A stretch of DNA of 64,000 bases from an uncultured Verrucomicrobiae bacterium (lineage in GTDB: Bacteria; Verrucomicrobiota; Verrucomicrobiia; Chthoniobacterales; JAFAMB01), in NCBI GenBank assembly GCA_963736745.1, contig CAVTQD010000057.1, positions 52,678 through 116,677 on the forward strand, given 5' to 3'. The first letter of the stretch is position 1. The number at the start of each line of letters is the position of its first letter. The position numbers and the translations under genes were made by a program. This document shows, in pieces, positions 1-10,292 of this stretch. Under the pieces are notes generated by a model. That model saw only the letters and a list, made by a program, of their open reading frames with translations, made no database searches and was not told where the DNA came from.

Positions 1-1279
1 TCGCCTTCAACGTATTTAAAAGTACTTCCATCGCCTCGAGGGCAGGCAATTGCGCAAGTTTTTTCCGCAAGAGGGTCACGCGCTGGAATTCGTCAGGATG
101 ATAAAGCAGGTCATCGCGGCGAGTTCCCGATTTCAAAATATGAATCGCCGGATAAATCCTTTTTTCCACAAGAGTCCGGTCCAGGTGCAGCTCCATGTTG
201 CCGGTACCCTTGAACTCCTCGAAAATGACCTCATCCATGCGGCTCTCGGTTTCAACGAGGGCAGTTGCCAAGATCGTCAGGCTGCCTCCCTCCTCACAGT
301 TTCGAGCGGCGCCGAAGAAACGTTTGGGTTTGAGCAAAGCCTTGGCTTCAACGCCACCGGACATGATACGACCTTTACCGGGTTGAAGCGCGTTATAACC
401 GCGTGCAAGCCGGGTGATGCTGTCCAGAAGGATCACGACATCCTTCTTGAGTTCGACGAGACGCTTTGCCCTTTCGCTCACCAATTCCGCGACCTGGACA
501 TGGCGTGTCGGGCTTTCATCAAAGGTGGAACTGAATATTTCGCAATCCAGGCATTGCCTGAGGTCCGTCACCTCTTCCGGACGTTCGTCCACCAGTAACA
601 AAATCAGATGCACGTCAGGTGAATTCGCCCGTATCGCGAGTCCGATATCCTTGATCAGGATCGTCTTGCCGGTTCGGGGGGCTGCGACAATCAAGCCCCT
701 CTGCCCGCGTCCAAGAGGAGCAATTAAATCGACCGCTCGCGCGCTAACGCTTCGACTTCTCGGATTTTCGAGCAGGATCCGTTTGTCTGGGAAAAGAGCC
801 GTTAATTGATCGAAATGCTTTGGTTCGCTCCAGGATTCCAGCGGGATACCTTCGATGCTTATGACCTGCTCCATGGCCATAAACTTTTCTTTTTCCTTGG
901 GTCCCCGGATGTATCCCCGGATTTTGTTCCCGGGCCGAATGCCGTGCTTCTTGAGAATCGCGGCCGACACGTACACATCCTCGGGGCACGGTGTAAAATT
1001 GTAACGTTCCCAGCGAAGGAACCCGTAGCTTTCGCTGGTGATTTCCAGCATCCCTTCGCCGATCAACTGGACCCCTCGGGTTGAGTAGGCCTTGAGCAGG
1101 TCGAAGATTAGCTGGTGACGGGTCCGTTCGTGTGAGACCCGAAGGTTAAACTGTCGGGCCAGCTCTAGAAGAACAGGGTGGCTAAGTTCGTGCAGCCTGT
1201 TTAGATCAAGAACATTTCCGCTTTCGTTAAAATATTCTGAACCCGGCAATACCGTTGGTTCAGCGCCTGGCTCCTCCAT
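1..1279 (-). CDS. rho: Transcription termination factor Rho (last ~10-20 codons run off the window start)
   Basis: Absent from the ORF track because there is no stop inside the window. The minus-strand frame is open from ATG 1279 to base 1. My translation reads [17 protein letters not shown] (RNA-binding domain), Walker [13 protein letters not shown] (~nt 664-699), [11 protein letters not shown] and [19 protein letters not shown]. Plus-strand ORFs 50..598, 414..809 and 806..1084 are antisense shadows. The ATG overlaps the coaE stop by 20 nt. Confidence 0.93.
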   Translation of the reverse strand, partial: MEEPGAEPTVLPGSEYFNESGNVLDLNRLHELSHPVLLELARQFNLRVSHERTRHQLIFDLLKAYSTRGVQLIGEGMLEITSESYGFLRWERYNFTPCPEDVYVSAAILKKHGIRPGNKIRGYIRGPKEKEKFMAMEQVISIEGIPLESWSEPKHFDQLTALFPDKRILLENPRSRSVSARAVDLIAPLGRGQRGLIVAAPRTGKTILIKDIGLAIRANSPDVHLILLLVDERPEEVTDLRQCLDCEIFSSTFDESPTRHVQVAELVSERAKRLVELKKDVVILLDSITRLARGYNALQPGKGRIMSGGVEAKALLKPKRFFGAARNCEEGGSLTILATALVETESRMDEVIFEEFKGTGNMELHLDRTLVEKRIYPAIHILKSGTRRDDLLYHPDEFQRVTLLRKKLAQLPALEAMEVLLNTLKA

Positions 1280-1895
1280 AACGTCCAATGACCTCTTGAG
1301 ATATCAGATTAACTTGTTGAGCGGTGATTTCCGGCGGACAATCGGTCCACACGACCCAATCTGCCCGACGAATCTTTTCTTCGAGATCCATCTGGGCCTG
1401 AATGATTTGTTCCGCGAGCTCTTTTAATAATCGACGTTCAACTACAATCCGTTCAACTTGCGAGGCGCGACTGCAGGCAGTCACGATTATTCGATCAAAA
1501 TAAGATTCGGCCCCTGTCTCATACAATAATGGTATTTCCGCTAGGAGCAGCCCATCTCCTCCGGTCCGGCTTATCCACGCCTCTCGTATCCGGGGATGGA
1601 GAATCGATTCCAGAACCTTTCGCGCCGTACCATCGTGAAATACTAAATCCCGCAGCCGGTCTCGTACTAGATTGCCTCCGGAGTCAAAAACTTGAACTCC
1701 AAAGGCCGCTCTAATCTCCTCTTGTACAACTAAATCGCTATCCGTCAATCTTCTGGCTTCGAAATCTGAGTTGAAAAGTTCAACCGGAACATTCCGCTGC
1801 AGCAACTTTAACAGGTGACGGGCGACCGTTGACTTCCCGGTTGCAACCCCGCCAGTTATTCCGATGCTCGGCATCCGCTCTTCCGTCTTGAGCAT
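1260..1895 (-). CDS. coaE: Dephospho-CoA kinase
   Basis: 211-aa ORF with N-terminal P-loop IGITGGVATGKST and typical CoaE length and layout. An alternative start (MPSIG) lies at 1874. Confidence 0.88.
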   Translation of the reverse strand: MLKTEERMPSIGITGGVATGKSTVARHLLKLLQRNVPVELFNSDFEARRLTDSDLVVQEEIRAAFGVQVFDSGGNLVRDRLRDLVFHDGTARKVLESILHPRIREAWISRTGGDGLLLAEIPLLYETGAESYFDRIIVTACSRASQVERIVVERRLLKELAEQIIQAQMDLEEKIRRADWVVWTDCPPEITAQQVNLISQEVIGRYGGARR

Positions 1896-1956
1896 TGAGT
1901 TTGCCGCGAAAACGACATCACTGGACCATCCAATCCAGAACTCAGACCTCGACCCC

Positions 1957-2919
1957 TTATGCTGCCAATTTTGTCCTGAAATAATCGATCGTTACGCGGA
2001 TTCCTTCGTCAAATTCAACCTTCGGCCCCCAATTGTTCAGCTGGGTTCGGGCACGCGTAATATCTGGCTGGCGCACCTTTGGATCGTCCACAGGGAGTTC
2101 TCGGTACTCGATGCCGGACTTGGCGCCCGTAATCTGGAGAATCTTTTCTGCAAATTGTTTGATCGTCATTTCGACCGGATTCCCAAGGTTCACCGGCCCG
2201 TGATGCTCGCTCATCGCGAGTCGAAAGATCCCTTCGATTAGGTCCGACACATAGCAGAAGCTCCGGGTTTGACTGCCGTCGCCAAACACCGTCAGAGGTT
2301 CATTGTTCAACGCCTGGCTGATAAACGCCGGCACGACTCGACCATCGCGCAGCCGCATCCTCGGGCCATAAGTGTTAAAGATCCGGACGATCTTCGTGTC
2401 GATACCATGGAAACGGTGATAAGCCATGGTCATCGCCTCGGCGAATCGTTTGGCCTCATCGTAAACCCCGCGCGGCCCGATCGGGTTGACGTTGCCCCAA
2501 TAATCTTCGCTCTGCGGATGGACTAGCGGATCGCCGTAACATTCTGAAGTGGAGGCCAGCAGGAATTTTGCGGACTTATCCTTGGCTAAACCCAGCGAAT
2601 TGTGCGTTCCGAGCGCGCCGACTTTCAACGTCGGAATCGGGTGTTCCAGGTAATCGATCGGACTGGCCGGAGAGGCAAAATGAAAAACGAAGTCAACCTT
2701 GCCGGGCACAAAGATAAATTCAGATACGTTGTGCCGGATAAAGCGAAAATCCGGATTGCCGGCCAGATGCGCGAGATTATCCGGAGATCCGGTGATGAGG
2801 TTATCAATCGCGATGACGCGAAAACCTTCAGCCAGTAAACGGTCGCTGAGATGAGAACCGAGAAATCCGGCACCTCCGGTCACCACAGCGATCTTTTTCG
2901 AGAGCTTTGATTCGAACAT
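1957..2919 (-). CDS. UDP-glucuronate decarboxylase / UDP-xylose synthase-like NAD-dependent epimerase-dehydratase
   Basis: 320 aa. Rossmann motif [17 protein letters not shown] (YxxxK) and extended-SDR layout closely resembling UXS-type enzymes. Confidence 0.85.
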   Translation of the reverse strand: MFESKLSKKIAVVTGGAGFLGSHLSDRLLAEGFRVIAIDNLITGSPDNLAHLAGNPDFRFIRHNVSEFIFVPGKVDFVFHFASPASPIDYLEHPIPTLKVGALGTHNSLGLAKDKSAKFLLASTSECYGDPLVHPQSEDYWGNVNPIGPRGVYDEAKRFAEAMTMAYHRFHGIDTKIVRIFNTYGPRMRLRDGRVVPAFISQALNNEPLTVFGDGSQTRSFCYVSDLIEGIFRLAMSEHHGPVNLGNPVEMTIKQFAEKILQITGAKSGIEYRELPVDDPKVRQPDITRARTQLNNWGPKVEFDEGIRVTIDYFRTKLAA

Positions 2920-3030
2920 TCGTAAACTTTGTCACCTCTAAGCGGAGAGTCTCAGAAGTCGAGAGAAAAATTCAGGTAATAGCATAGCCAGGCGCCCTTC
3001 CAAGCGACCATCGATTCAACCCAACCGCTA

Positions 3031-3723
3031 TTATTCCTCTTGGGCAGCGCCAAAGGTATGGCGAATGTCCTCGGCTTGTTCCCGCCAGAAAGCATCTTCG
3101 CCAATGTTTGTCGCGTGATCTCCGATGCGTTCAAGAGCGCGCGCGATAAATATGATATTCAGGTACGTGGGTACCTGGTCCGGATCAACCCCCATTCGTT
3201 CCGCCAGTTTGTCGTTGAGCCCTGAATTCAGGGTATCCAGGTAACGGTCTCGTGGCTTCAGCTGCAAAGCGAGTTCTGCCTCTCCGTCCACGAAAGCACG
3301 AAGACTATCACGGAATATCCCAATGGCCTCCCGGTAGAGAGGCTCAAGCAAAAAAGTTTCGGGAACCATCGGACGCAAATTCAGCTTCTTCGCCCGCCGA
3401 GCGATCACCACCGATTGATCGGCTATTCTTTCCAGGTTCGAGCTCAGCTTCATCGTGGAGATCACCTGCCGCATATCGGAGGCCACAGGGTGGAATCTGA
3501 TCATTATTTCTACCCCCTCTTTGTCGATTTGCTTTTCCAGCACGTCCACCTCTTCATCATCGGCAATCGCGAGGTTACAAAAAGCGTTATCCCGCTTTAA
3601 AAGGCCTTGAATCGCATTTTCCAACAACCGCTCCGCAAGACTCGACATCATGAGAGCGTCGTTCTTCAGGCTATTGAGCGCTGCGTCGAAACTGGTGCTT
3701 ATATGTCTGCCGCGGTCCAACAT
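3031..3723 (-). CDS. phoU: Phosphate signalling complex protein PhoU
   Basis: 230 aa with two PhoU repeats carrying ERIADQ and ERIGDHATNI motifs. No pst genes are adjacent. Confidence 0.9.
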   Translation of the reverse strand: MLDRGRHISTSFDAALNSLKNDALMMSSLAERLLENAIQGLLKRDNAFCNLAIADDEEVDVLEKQIDKEGVEIMIRFHPVASDMRQVISTMKLSSNLERIADQSVVIARRAKKLNLRPMVPETFLLEPLYREAIGIFRDSLRAFVDGEAELALQLKPRDRYLDTLNSGLNDKLAERMGVDPDQVPTYLNIIFIARALERIGDHATNIGEDAFWREQAEDIRHTFGAAQEE

Positions 3724-3775
3724 ACTACTGTCAGTGGCAAATAAACGCGATATATCTCCGCTTTCCAGTGGCGGA

Positions 3776-5479
3776 CTACATTTTTTCAGGGACCCGAATT
3801 CCTAACAGCTCGAGCCCGGACTGCAAAACCCTGGAAAAAACCTCGCATAACATCAGCCTGGTCTCGCGCACCGCAGGCTCCGCAGAGAGCACCGGGCAGG
3901 ATTCATAAAACCCGTGAAATTCCGCGGCGAGTTCGTACAAGTAATTGGCAAGGATATTCGGCTTAAATCCATCCAGGATCGCAGGTACAACATCCGGAAA
4001 CAGAAGTATTTTTTTTGCGAGATCCAGTTCCGCTTTTTCTCTGAGAGGAACCGGTCTCGCTGCCGAGTACGGCGCAGGAAGCTTTCGAAAGATTGAGCGG
4101 CACCGGACATAAGCGTTTTGGAGGTAGGGCGCAGTGTTGCCTTGGAGCGATAGCATTTTGTCCCAGGAGAATATATAGTCGCTCATACGATGCTGGGAAA
4201 GTTCAGCATACTTGACCGCTCCGATTCCGACAATCCTTCCAATCGCGAGACGATCCTGCTCCGACAATTCCGGATTTTTCTCGGCTACGATCGTTGTAGC
4301 GCGGGTAATTGCTTCATCCAGCAAGGCCCGGAGTGGAACCGATTCTCCTGACCGAGTACGCATCAGCTTACGGTCCTCCCCTAATATGCTTCCGAAAGCG
4401 ATGTGTTGAAGATCGACGTCGTATCCCAAGCGACGCGCAAGGCTGAACAACTGCTGAAAATGAAGCTGTTGGGGCGCGCCAACAACATACCAGATGGCCT
4501 CTGCCCGCCAGCGATTCAAGCGATACTCAATCGTCGCGATATCTGTCGTGGCGTACCCAAATCCTCCGTCGGATTTCCGAATGATAAATGGATCTTCACT
4601 CAGTACTCGATCCCAGACAACGACAGCTCCGTCGCTAACCTCTGCGAGTCCGCGCTCCTCGAGTTCCTGCACAACCCGCAACAATTCCGGGTTATAAAAG
4701 CTTTCACCAAGCTGATAGTCAAAACGGACGTTGAGGAGACCGTAGACCTTGGAAAATTCCTCAGTTGAAAGCTCAACGCACTGTTGCCAAATCCGCCGAT
4801 TTTCGTCATCCCCCTGCTGGAGTTTAACCAGTTCCTGGCGACATTCTTGCAGTATTTCGGCGTCTTTTTTTGACGCCGTGTCCGCTTCGCGATAGATCCG
4901 AACGAGCTCCGCAACCGGGTCTAAATCGAGATTTTCCGGACGCAACAAATGTTTCCAACCGTAGATCACCTTCCCGAACTGAGTCCCCCAATCGCCGATG
5001 TGATTATCAGTAACCACGTTGTGCCCCAGAAACCGGGTGATCTTTGCCAAAGAGTCCCCGAGAATCGTCGATCGGATATGCCCGACATGCATCGGCTTCG
5101 CGATATTCGGCGAGCTGAAGTCGATGACGACAGTTTTCGGCTTGTCCGTCCGTTCCACGCCAAGGCGGACATCCAAAGCAAGTTCGTGGAGGCGATACGC
5201 GAGAAACTCCGGAGAAAGCCTGAAATTGATGAACCCGGGCCCGGCGACTTCGGGCGGCGTTCCGATGTCGTTCACCGATAGATTCGCGACAATCAGGCCC
5301 GCGAGATTTCTGGGTTTTTGTTTAAGCTTCTTGCCTAACACCATCGCCACGTTTGTCTGGTAGTCGCCATGCTGCGGATCTGTCGTCGGGGCTATTTGGG
5401 GCGGTTCGTCGATTGCGATGCCAATCGCTTGAAGAGCATTTTGCAAACGCTCTCGCAATATTTCGGAGACCGTCGCCAT
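3776..5479 (-). CDS. argS: Arginine--tRNA ligase
   Basis: 567 aa. HIGH-type motif PMHVGHIRS, full-length class-I ArgS layout and the characteristic C-terminal Met. Confidence 0.95.
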   Translation of the reverse strand: MATVSEILRERLQNALQAIGIAIDEPPQIAPTTDPQHGDYQTNVAMVLGKKLKQKPRNLAGLIVANLSVNDIGTPPEVAGPGFINFRLSPEFLAYRLHELALDVRLGVERTDKPKTVVIDFSSPNIAKPMHVGHIRSTILGDSLAKITRFLGHNVVTDNHIGDWGTQFGKVIYGWKHLLRPENLDLDPVAELVRIYREADTASKKDAEILQECRQELVKLQQGDDENRRIWQQCVELSTEEFSKVYGLLNVRFDYQLGESFYNPELLRVVQELEERGLAEVSDGAVVVWDRVLSEDPFIIRKSDGGFGYATTDIATIEYRLNRWRAEAIWYVVGAPQQLHFQQLFSLARRLGYDVDLQHIAFGSILGEDRKLMRTRSGESVPLRALLDEAITRATTIVAEKNPELSEQDRLAIGRIVGIGAVKYAELSQHRMSDYIFSWDKMLSLQGNTAPYLQNAYVRCRSIFRKLPAPYSAARPVPLREKAELDLAKKILLFPDVVPAILDGFKPNILANYLYELAAEFHGFYESCPVLSAEPAVRETRLMLCEVFSRVLQSGLELLGIRVPEKM

Positions 5480-5485
5480 TCCTTC

Positions 5486-5962
5486 TCAGCTTGCCTGGGA
5501 ACGGGTGGCCTTATTGTCGAAAATGCTCAGGATCTCTTCGGACGATTCTGCCTTCGCAAGCTGTTCACGGACTGACTTGTCGTTCAGAAATTTAGCGATC
5601 GCGGCCAGCGTACGGAGATGAACCTGAAACTGATCCTTGGGCACAACAAACAAGACGATGAAGCGAACGGGAGAATTGTCGAGTGAATCAAACTCGATCC
5701 CGGAGGAAGATCGCCCAAACGCCGCGACCACCTCACTTACACAGTTCGATGAGGCGTGGGGAATCGCAATCCCGAATCCAATCCCGGTGCTCATCGTCTC
5801 CTCGCGTTGGCGCAGGGCGGCCAAAATCGAATCTCGGTCAGACGCCCGAACCCGGTTCTTTTGCACCAACAGGTCGATCAGCTCCACGATTGCCGCCCAC
5901 CTTTCGGTTGCCTTCATCTCGGGGATGATTTGATCTACTGATAAAAGGGAGCCCAATGTCAT
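5486..5962 (-). CDS. ptsN: PTS IIA-like nitrogen regulatory protein (EIIA-Ntr)
   Basis: ORF 5486..5986 (GTG) trimmed to ATG 5962 (MTLGSLL). Has the EIIA fructose/mannitol-type fold with the active-site region GIGFGIAIPHA. Confidence 0.8.
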   Translation of the reverse strand: MTLGSLLSVDQIIPEMKATERWAAIVELIDLLVQKNRVRASDRDSILAALRQREETMSTGIGFGIAIPHASSNCVSEVVAAFGRSSSGIEFDSLDNSPVRFIVLFVVPKDQFQVHLRTLAAIAKFLNDKSVREQLAKAESSEEILSIFDNKATRSQAS

Positions 5963-6133
5963 AGCTCTCGATCGAGAATGCCGCACCTTACCAAGTCGCC
6001 GTCCTTTGACAAGAGTCTTTCACTTGAAACATGCAAACGCTATTTGTAAGGCGGAACACCAAATCTGCCCTTTCGATTCAATGTTGAGATTCGACCGTGT
6101 TACCAATAACCACCTATACTCTGATTCTATTGC

Positions 6134-7582
6134 ATGAAGATTTTAATGGCAACCAGTGAGTTCTCCCCTCTCGGTTCGACCGGTGATCTAGGGGATCAGG
6201 TTCGTATTCTGACCATCGAACTGAGGAAACTTGGCCATGACGTCAGCGTCGTCATGCCTTTTTATCGGTCCATTCGCGAAGGCAATTACATTGTCCGCCC
6301 GACCGACGGCGAGTTCCAGGTCAACCTGGGAGGCAAACGAGCATCATCCGACATCGTCGAAACCACCAGCCCGGACGGAATTCAGGTCTACCTGGTTCGC
6401 CGCGATGAGTATTTCGATCGACGCGGCATTTATGGCGCGGACGGTAGGAGCTACGAAGATAACGCCGAGCGATTTATATTCTTCTCAAAAGCTGTATTGG
6501 AGCTGGCCCGCAGAATTTCACCTTCTCCGGAACTGATCCATTGTCATGACTGGACCACCGCGCTGGTTCCGGTTTTCGTCCGGGAACGCCAATTGCCATT
6601 TCGCACTGTCCTGACAATCCATAACCTTGAGCATCAAGGGTCGTTCTGGAGCTTCGATTTTTCATTAACCGGTTTGCCAGGCAGCTACTTCGGCCCACGC
6701 GGCCTCGAGTTTTATGGACGGATGAATTTCCTGAAAAGTGGAATCCTGTATTCAGACGCGGTGACGTTGCCCGGCGAAACCGTTCTTTTCGAGGCGTTCA
6801 CCTCTCAGCATGGCTTCGGCCTCGACTCTGTCCTGCTTGAAAATCGCTTTCGACTCTACGGCATTCCTCACGGGGTCGACTACTCCCAAACTAACCCGCC
6901 GATCGACAAGCTTGTCGAAAAACATCCCAAGTCCGAAGCGGGCGACGGAAAATTGCGTTTCCGGGAAGCACTTTTGGCCAATGTCGAGCTTGAAAAAATT
7001 CCGAACGGTATTGTTCTCAATCTGCCAATCGAATCGAATGATGAGGACGCATTCGCCTCTGTGCAACCGATTCTGGATCTTGTCCTAACGGACGATACAT
7101 GTCTAGTGGTGACCGGAAAAGGAACGGACCGGGATCTGGCGGAAATCATTATCACCGAAAGAAAATATCCCAATCGTTTCGCGTACCGCCCAGATCCGGA
7201 CGCAAAGCTGCACAAACTTGGACTGGCCGGTGCAGACGTGGTTTTACTGCCTTCGTCGCTTGGATACCGTGGTACAAACGCGATAGCGGCAATGCGATAC
7301 GGATCCTTGCCTATCGTAAAAATTCACGGCGGTGTGCATCAACTCGTTTCCGACTATGATCCTGCCACAGAAAGTGGCTGCGGCTTCGTCTATAATGATC
7401 ATTCTCCCATGGCGCTTTGGGATTCCATCCGGCGCGCAAACGAGCTTTACCGGCACTCGGAAGAATGGAAGAAACTAGCACAGCGAGCGAAAGCCCTCGA
7501 TTTCTCGTGGACGGAGTCGGCCAAGGCCTTCGCAAAGCTGTACGCCAACCTTTTGCGGCATCGGCAGGCCGCTCCCGCTTAG
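6134..7582 (+). CDS. glgA: Glycogen/starch synthase (GT5) homologue with degenerate catalytic motifs
   Basis: 482 aa, colinear with bacterial GlgA (MKILMATSEFSPL..., GADVVLLPS, MRYGSLPIV, DFSW near the C-terminus). KTGGL is replaced by STGDL and the FEPCGL block by LGYRGT (see finding). Confidence 0.85.
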   Translation: MKILMATSEFSPLGSTGDLGDQVRILTIELRKLGHDVSVVMPFYRSIREGNYIVRPTDGEFQVNLGGKRASSDIVETTSPDGIQVYLVRRDEYFDRRGIYGADGRSYEDNAERFIFFSKAVLELARRISPSPELIHCHDWTTALVPVFVRERQLPFRTVLTIHNLEHQGSFWSFDFSLTGLPGSYFGPRGLEFYGRMNFLKSGILYSDAVTLPGETVLFEAFTSQHGFGLDSVLLENRFRLYGIPHGVDYSQTNPPIDKLVEKHPKSEAGDGKLRFREALLANVELEKIPNGIVLNLPIESNDEDAFASVQPILDLVLTDDTCLVVTGKGTDRDLAEIIITERKYPNRFAYRPDPDAKLHKLGLAGADVVLLPSSLGYRGTNAIAAMRYGSLPIVKIHGGVHQLVSDYDPATESGCGFVYNDHSPMALWDSIRRANELYRHSEEWKKLAQRAKALDFSWTESAKAFAKLYANLLRHRQAAPA

Positions 7583-7652
7583 AGCCGGTGCCGGGCATGC
7601 GGGAACCTGACGCCCAAACGGCACTCGATCGCCGCAAATCAAACCCATTCCG

Positions 7653-9032
7653 ATGCTGCCAGAAATCGTCACTCCCATCCCAGGACCGCGCTCGCGCGAC
7701 CTCGCATCGTCGCTCTCGAAGTACGAAAACCGGAATGTAACCTATCTTGCTCCGGGCTTTCCGGTATTTTGGGAGAAGGCTTCTGGAACGAATGTCTGGG
7801 ATGTCGATGGAAACCGGTTTCTGGATCTCACCGCCGGTTTCGCGGTTGCCGCCCACGGCCATACCCATCCGTCGATTCGCACGGCGATGATCGATCAATC
7901 CGCCAAATTGCTGCACGCCATGGGAGATGTTCATCCCGCCGAGAACAAGCTTCTCCTTTGCCAGAAGCTGAGCCAGATCACATTCGAAAGGTGGGGACTC
8001 GGGATCGGGAAAACTACTCTGTGCAATTCCGGCTTCGAAGCAGTTGAAGTCGCGATCAAGACCTCCCTGCTGCACAGCGGAAAGCCGGGGGTGATCGGGT
8101 TTACCGGCGGATACCACGGGTTGGGATACGGAGCCTTGGAAGTGATAGGTATTCGTTGGTTTCGAGAGCCGTTCCAGCAACAACTCCGCGACTTCGCCAC
8201 CTCTATTCCCTTTCCTAACTGTTATCGGTGTCCGTTTGGAAGACTAGAAGGTTACCGGTTGGACGGATCCCGTTTCCCTAATTGCGCAAGCTCCTGTCTG
8301 AAAGCAATTGAGGATCAAATCGTTCAGGCCATTCGCCAGCGCCCTATTGGATGCATTGTGGTCGAACCTTGTCAGGGGCGGGGCGGTGAAGTGGTGCCTC
8401 CGCTCGATTTTCTGCGAATGCTCCGCCAGCTTTGTGACGCGTACAAGATTTTGCTGGTATTCGACGAAATATATACTGGATTCAATCGCACCGGCGCGCT
8501 TTTTGCCAGTGATCAGTTCGGAGTGTATCCGGACCTCCTATGTCTTGGTAAAGGGATGACGACGGGTTTTCCTATGGCTGCCTGCGTGGGACGGGCAGAG
8601 ATTATGGATGCCTGGCCGCGATCGACCGGCGAAGCACTGCATACCACCACCTTCCTTGGAAATCCGATAGGCTGTGCTACTGCGCTTGCTTCCATAAAAC
8701 TGCACCTGGAGAACGGCGTCGGAAAACGAGTTCAAACGGTTGGAAAACGTCTTCGCGACCATCTCAAAGAAATGGCTCTGCCCGCGATCGGACATGTGCG
8801 AGGCCTGGGCCTCATGATTGGCGTAGAAATCGTCAGGAAGGACGGTTCCCCCGATCCAGATCTTGCCTTTCAGACAGTTCTGTCGGCACTGCAGGATGGT
8901 CTCATATTTCTTGGAGGCGGACCGAACGGAAACATCTTGTCCTTCACGCCACCCTTCTGTATCGAGGCCGATGAAATCGATTACACGTGCGCCAAAATTT
9001 ACGAATATTTGCGTTTGGGATCGGTCTCGTAG
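7653..9032 (+). CDS. Class-III PLP-dependent aminotransferase (acetylornithine/GABA-type)
   Basis: 459 aa with DEIYTGFNRTG, LGKGMTTGFP and an N-terminal IPGPRS region. The substrate cannot be assigned from sequence alone. Confidence 0.85.
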   Translation: MLPEIVTPIPGPRSRDLASSLSKYENRNVTYLAPGFPVFWEKASGTNVWDVDGNRFLDLTAGFAVAAHGHTHPSIRTAMIDQSAKLLHAMGDVHPAENKLLLCQKLSQITFERWGLGIGKTTLCNSGFEAVEVAIKTSLLHSGKPGVIGFTGGYHGLGYGALEVIGIRWFREPFQQQLRDFATSIPFPNCYRCPFGRLEGYRLDGSRFPNCASSCLKAIEDQIVQAIRQRPIGCIVVEPCQGRGGEVVPPLDFLRMLRQLCDAYKILLVFDEIYTGFNRTGALFASDQFGVYPDLLCLGKGMTTGFPMAACVGRAEIMDAWPRSTGEALHTTTFLGNPIGCATALASIKLHLENGVGKRVQTVGKRLRDHLKEMALPAIGHVRGLGLMIGVEIVRKDGSPDPDLAFQTVLSALQDGLIFLGGGPNGNILSFTPPFCIEADEIDYTCAKIYEYLRLGSVS

Positions 9033-9310
9033 TCCAGAACCACCGAGCTCTGCGTATTCGGCTTGATGGTTTCTTCAATGAATTTTATGTAGACCGGGTC
9101 CGCGACAAACATTGCCATGCGTTCTTTGGAATCGAAGTCGACGGCAAAAAAGAAAGGCCATTCATTGTTCTGGTCGATCCGCCGTCCGCACCGCACGTTC
9201 ATCGCGACCGGAATCTTCAACAACTGCATCCGCGTCTGAATCAACAGTAACTCAATGCGTTCCGGGGTCATCTCCGGTTTGAGTTTATACAAAACAATGT
9301 GATGAATCAT
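8999..9310 (-). CDS. Dabb (stress-responsive alpha/beta-barrel) domain protein
   Basis: 103 aa. The MIHHIVLYKLKPEMTPE... start is typical of Dabb-family proteins. The 3' end converges on and overlaps the aminotransferase by 34 nt. Confidence 0.65.
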   Translation of the reverse strand: MIHHIVLYKLKPEMTPERIELLLIQTRMQLLKIPVAMNVRCGRRIDQNNEWPFFFAVDFDSKERMAMFVADPVYIKFIEETIKPNTQSSVVLDYETDPKRKYS

Positions 9311-9364
9311 GTGCGCGTCCTCTTCTAGAAAGTCGTTCTGCAGTAAGCAAGGAATATCGATTGA

Positions 9365-10198
9365 ATGCTCGTCTGGAGAAAAATAAGCAGCGAAAAATGG
9401 CTCGATTCCTGGCAGGAAAGGTTAGCTTTCCTTGGTTGGGAGCGCCTTGTGAGCACTCAGCTTGCAAGCTCGCATCGAGTCCGCCTGGAAATTTTCGACA
9501 TCACAGCAAACGAATCAACTCTGCTATTGAAACGTTTCGGCGGAGAGACGCGTGATCTGAATCATTCAACCGCAGATTGGGTTCGCAGCGTCGTTCTAAA
9601 GAAACCGATCTCCATTCGGGGACGATTGCGAATAATAAATGACGAACCGGCTCCAGGAAAGGTTTGCGATTCGGGCACGATCTACATTCCGGCCAACCTC
9701 GCGTTCGGAACAGGAGAGCACGCCACGACAGCCGGATGCCTTCGGCTGCTAGCCGATATCGCCCCGAAAACGGGCGATTGGAAATTCCTCGACGCAGGCA
9801 CCGGGACTGGGATTCTGGCGATCGCGGCTCTGCGCCTTGGGGCCAAAAGAGTCCTCGCGTTCGATTCTGATGCGACCGCTCTCAGAGTCGCGAAAAGGAA
9901 TGCTCATCTGAATAGTGCCGCCGGCCTGATCATACTGTTTCGTGCGGATGTCCTGAAGTACCACCCAGAAGAAAGTTTCGATGTGGTAGCCGCGAACCTA
10001 TACGGCGACCTGTTTAGAAAAGCGGCATCAAGACTTTGGTCAGCGATCAAACCGCGGGGCAGTCTGATCATTTCGGGCTTGATGCGTGATCAAGTCGAGC
10101 AGGTCCACGAGAAAATCCACGAACTCCACGGCCAAATTGAAATTAAACGAATTCGCGGTAAATGGGTGACCCTGCTGGCCCGGAGGTTAGAGAGCTAG
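9365..10198 (+). CDS. prmA: Ribosomal protein L11 methyltransferase
   Basis: 277 aa with FGTGEHATTAGCLRLL and the SAM motif LDAGTGTGILAIAA. Confidence 0.88.
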   Translation: MLVWRKISSEKWLDSWQERLAFLGWERLVSTQLASSHRVRLEIFDITANESTLLLKRFGGETRDLNHSTADWVRSVVLKKPISIRGRLRIINDEPAPGKVCDSGTIYIPANLAFGTGEHATTAGCLRLLADIAPKTGDWKFLDAGTGTGILAIAALRLGAKRVLAFDSDATALRVAKRNAHLNSAAGLIILFRADVLKYHPEESFDVVAANLYGDLFRKAASRLWSAIKPRGSLIISGLMRDQVEQVHEKIHELHGQIEIKRIRGKWVTLLARRLES

Positions 10199-10292
10199 AA
10201 ACCGCGCCTCTGCTTACCAGCCTCTCTCTGTGCTTTCGAAATCCTTGGTTGAAAAGACCGAGTGGCACATGTAGTCCTGAAAACAGTCTTTT

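Noticed and set aside
7311-8183. Long ORFs antisense to recognised genes, including 7311..8183 (-), 13922..14581 (-), 18927..19748 (-), 33562..34203 (+), 42003..42835 (+), 51373..52011 (-), 54158..54994 (-) and 50..598 (+).
   Set aside because: Each lies entirely opposite a gene with unambiguous conserved motifs. Their products are low-complexity or Arg/Ser/Pro-rich with no recognisable family. They are typical shadow ORFs of moderately GC-rich DNA.
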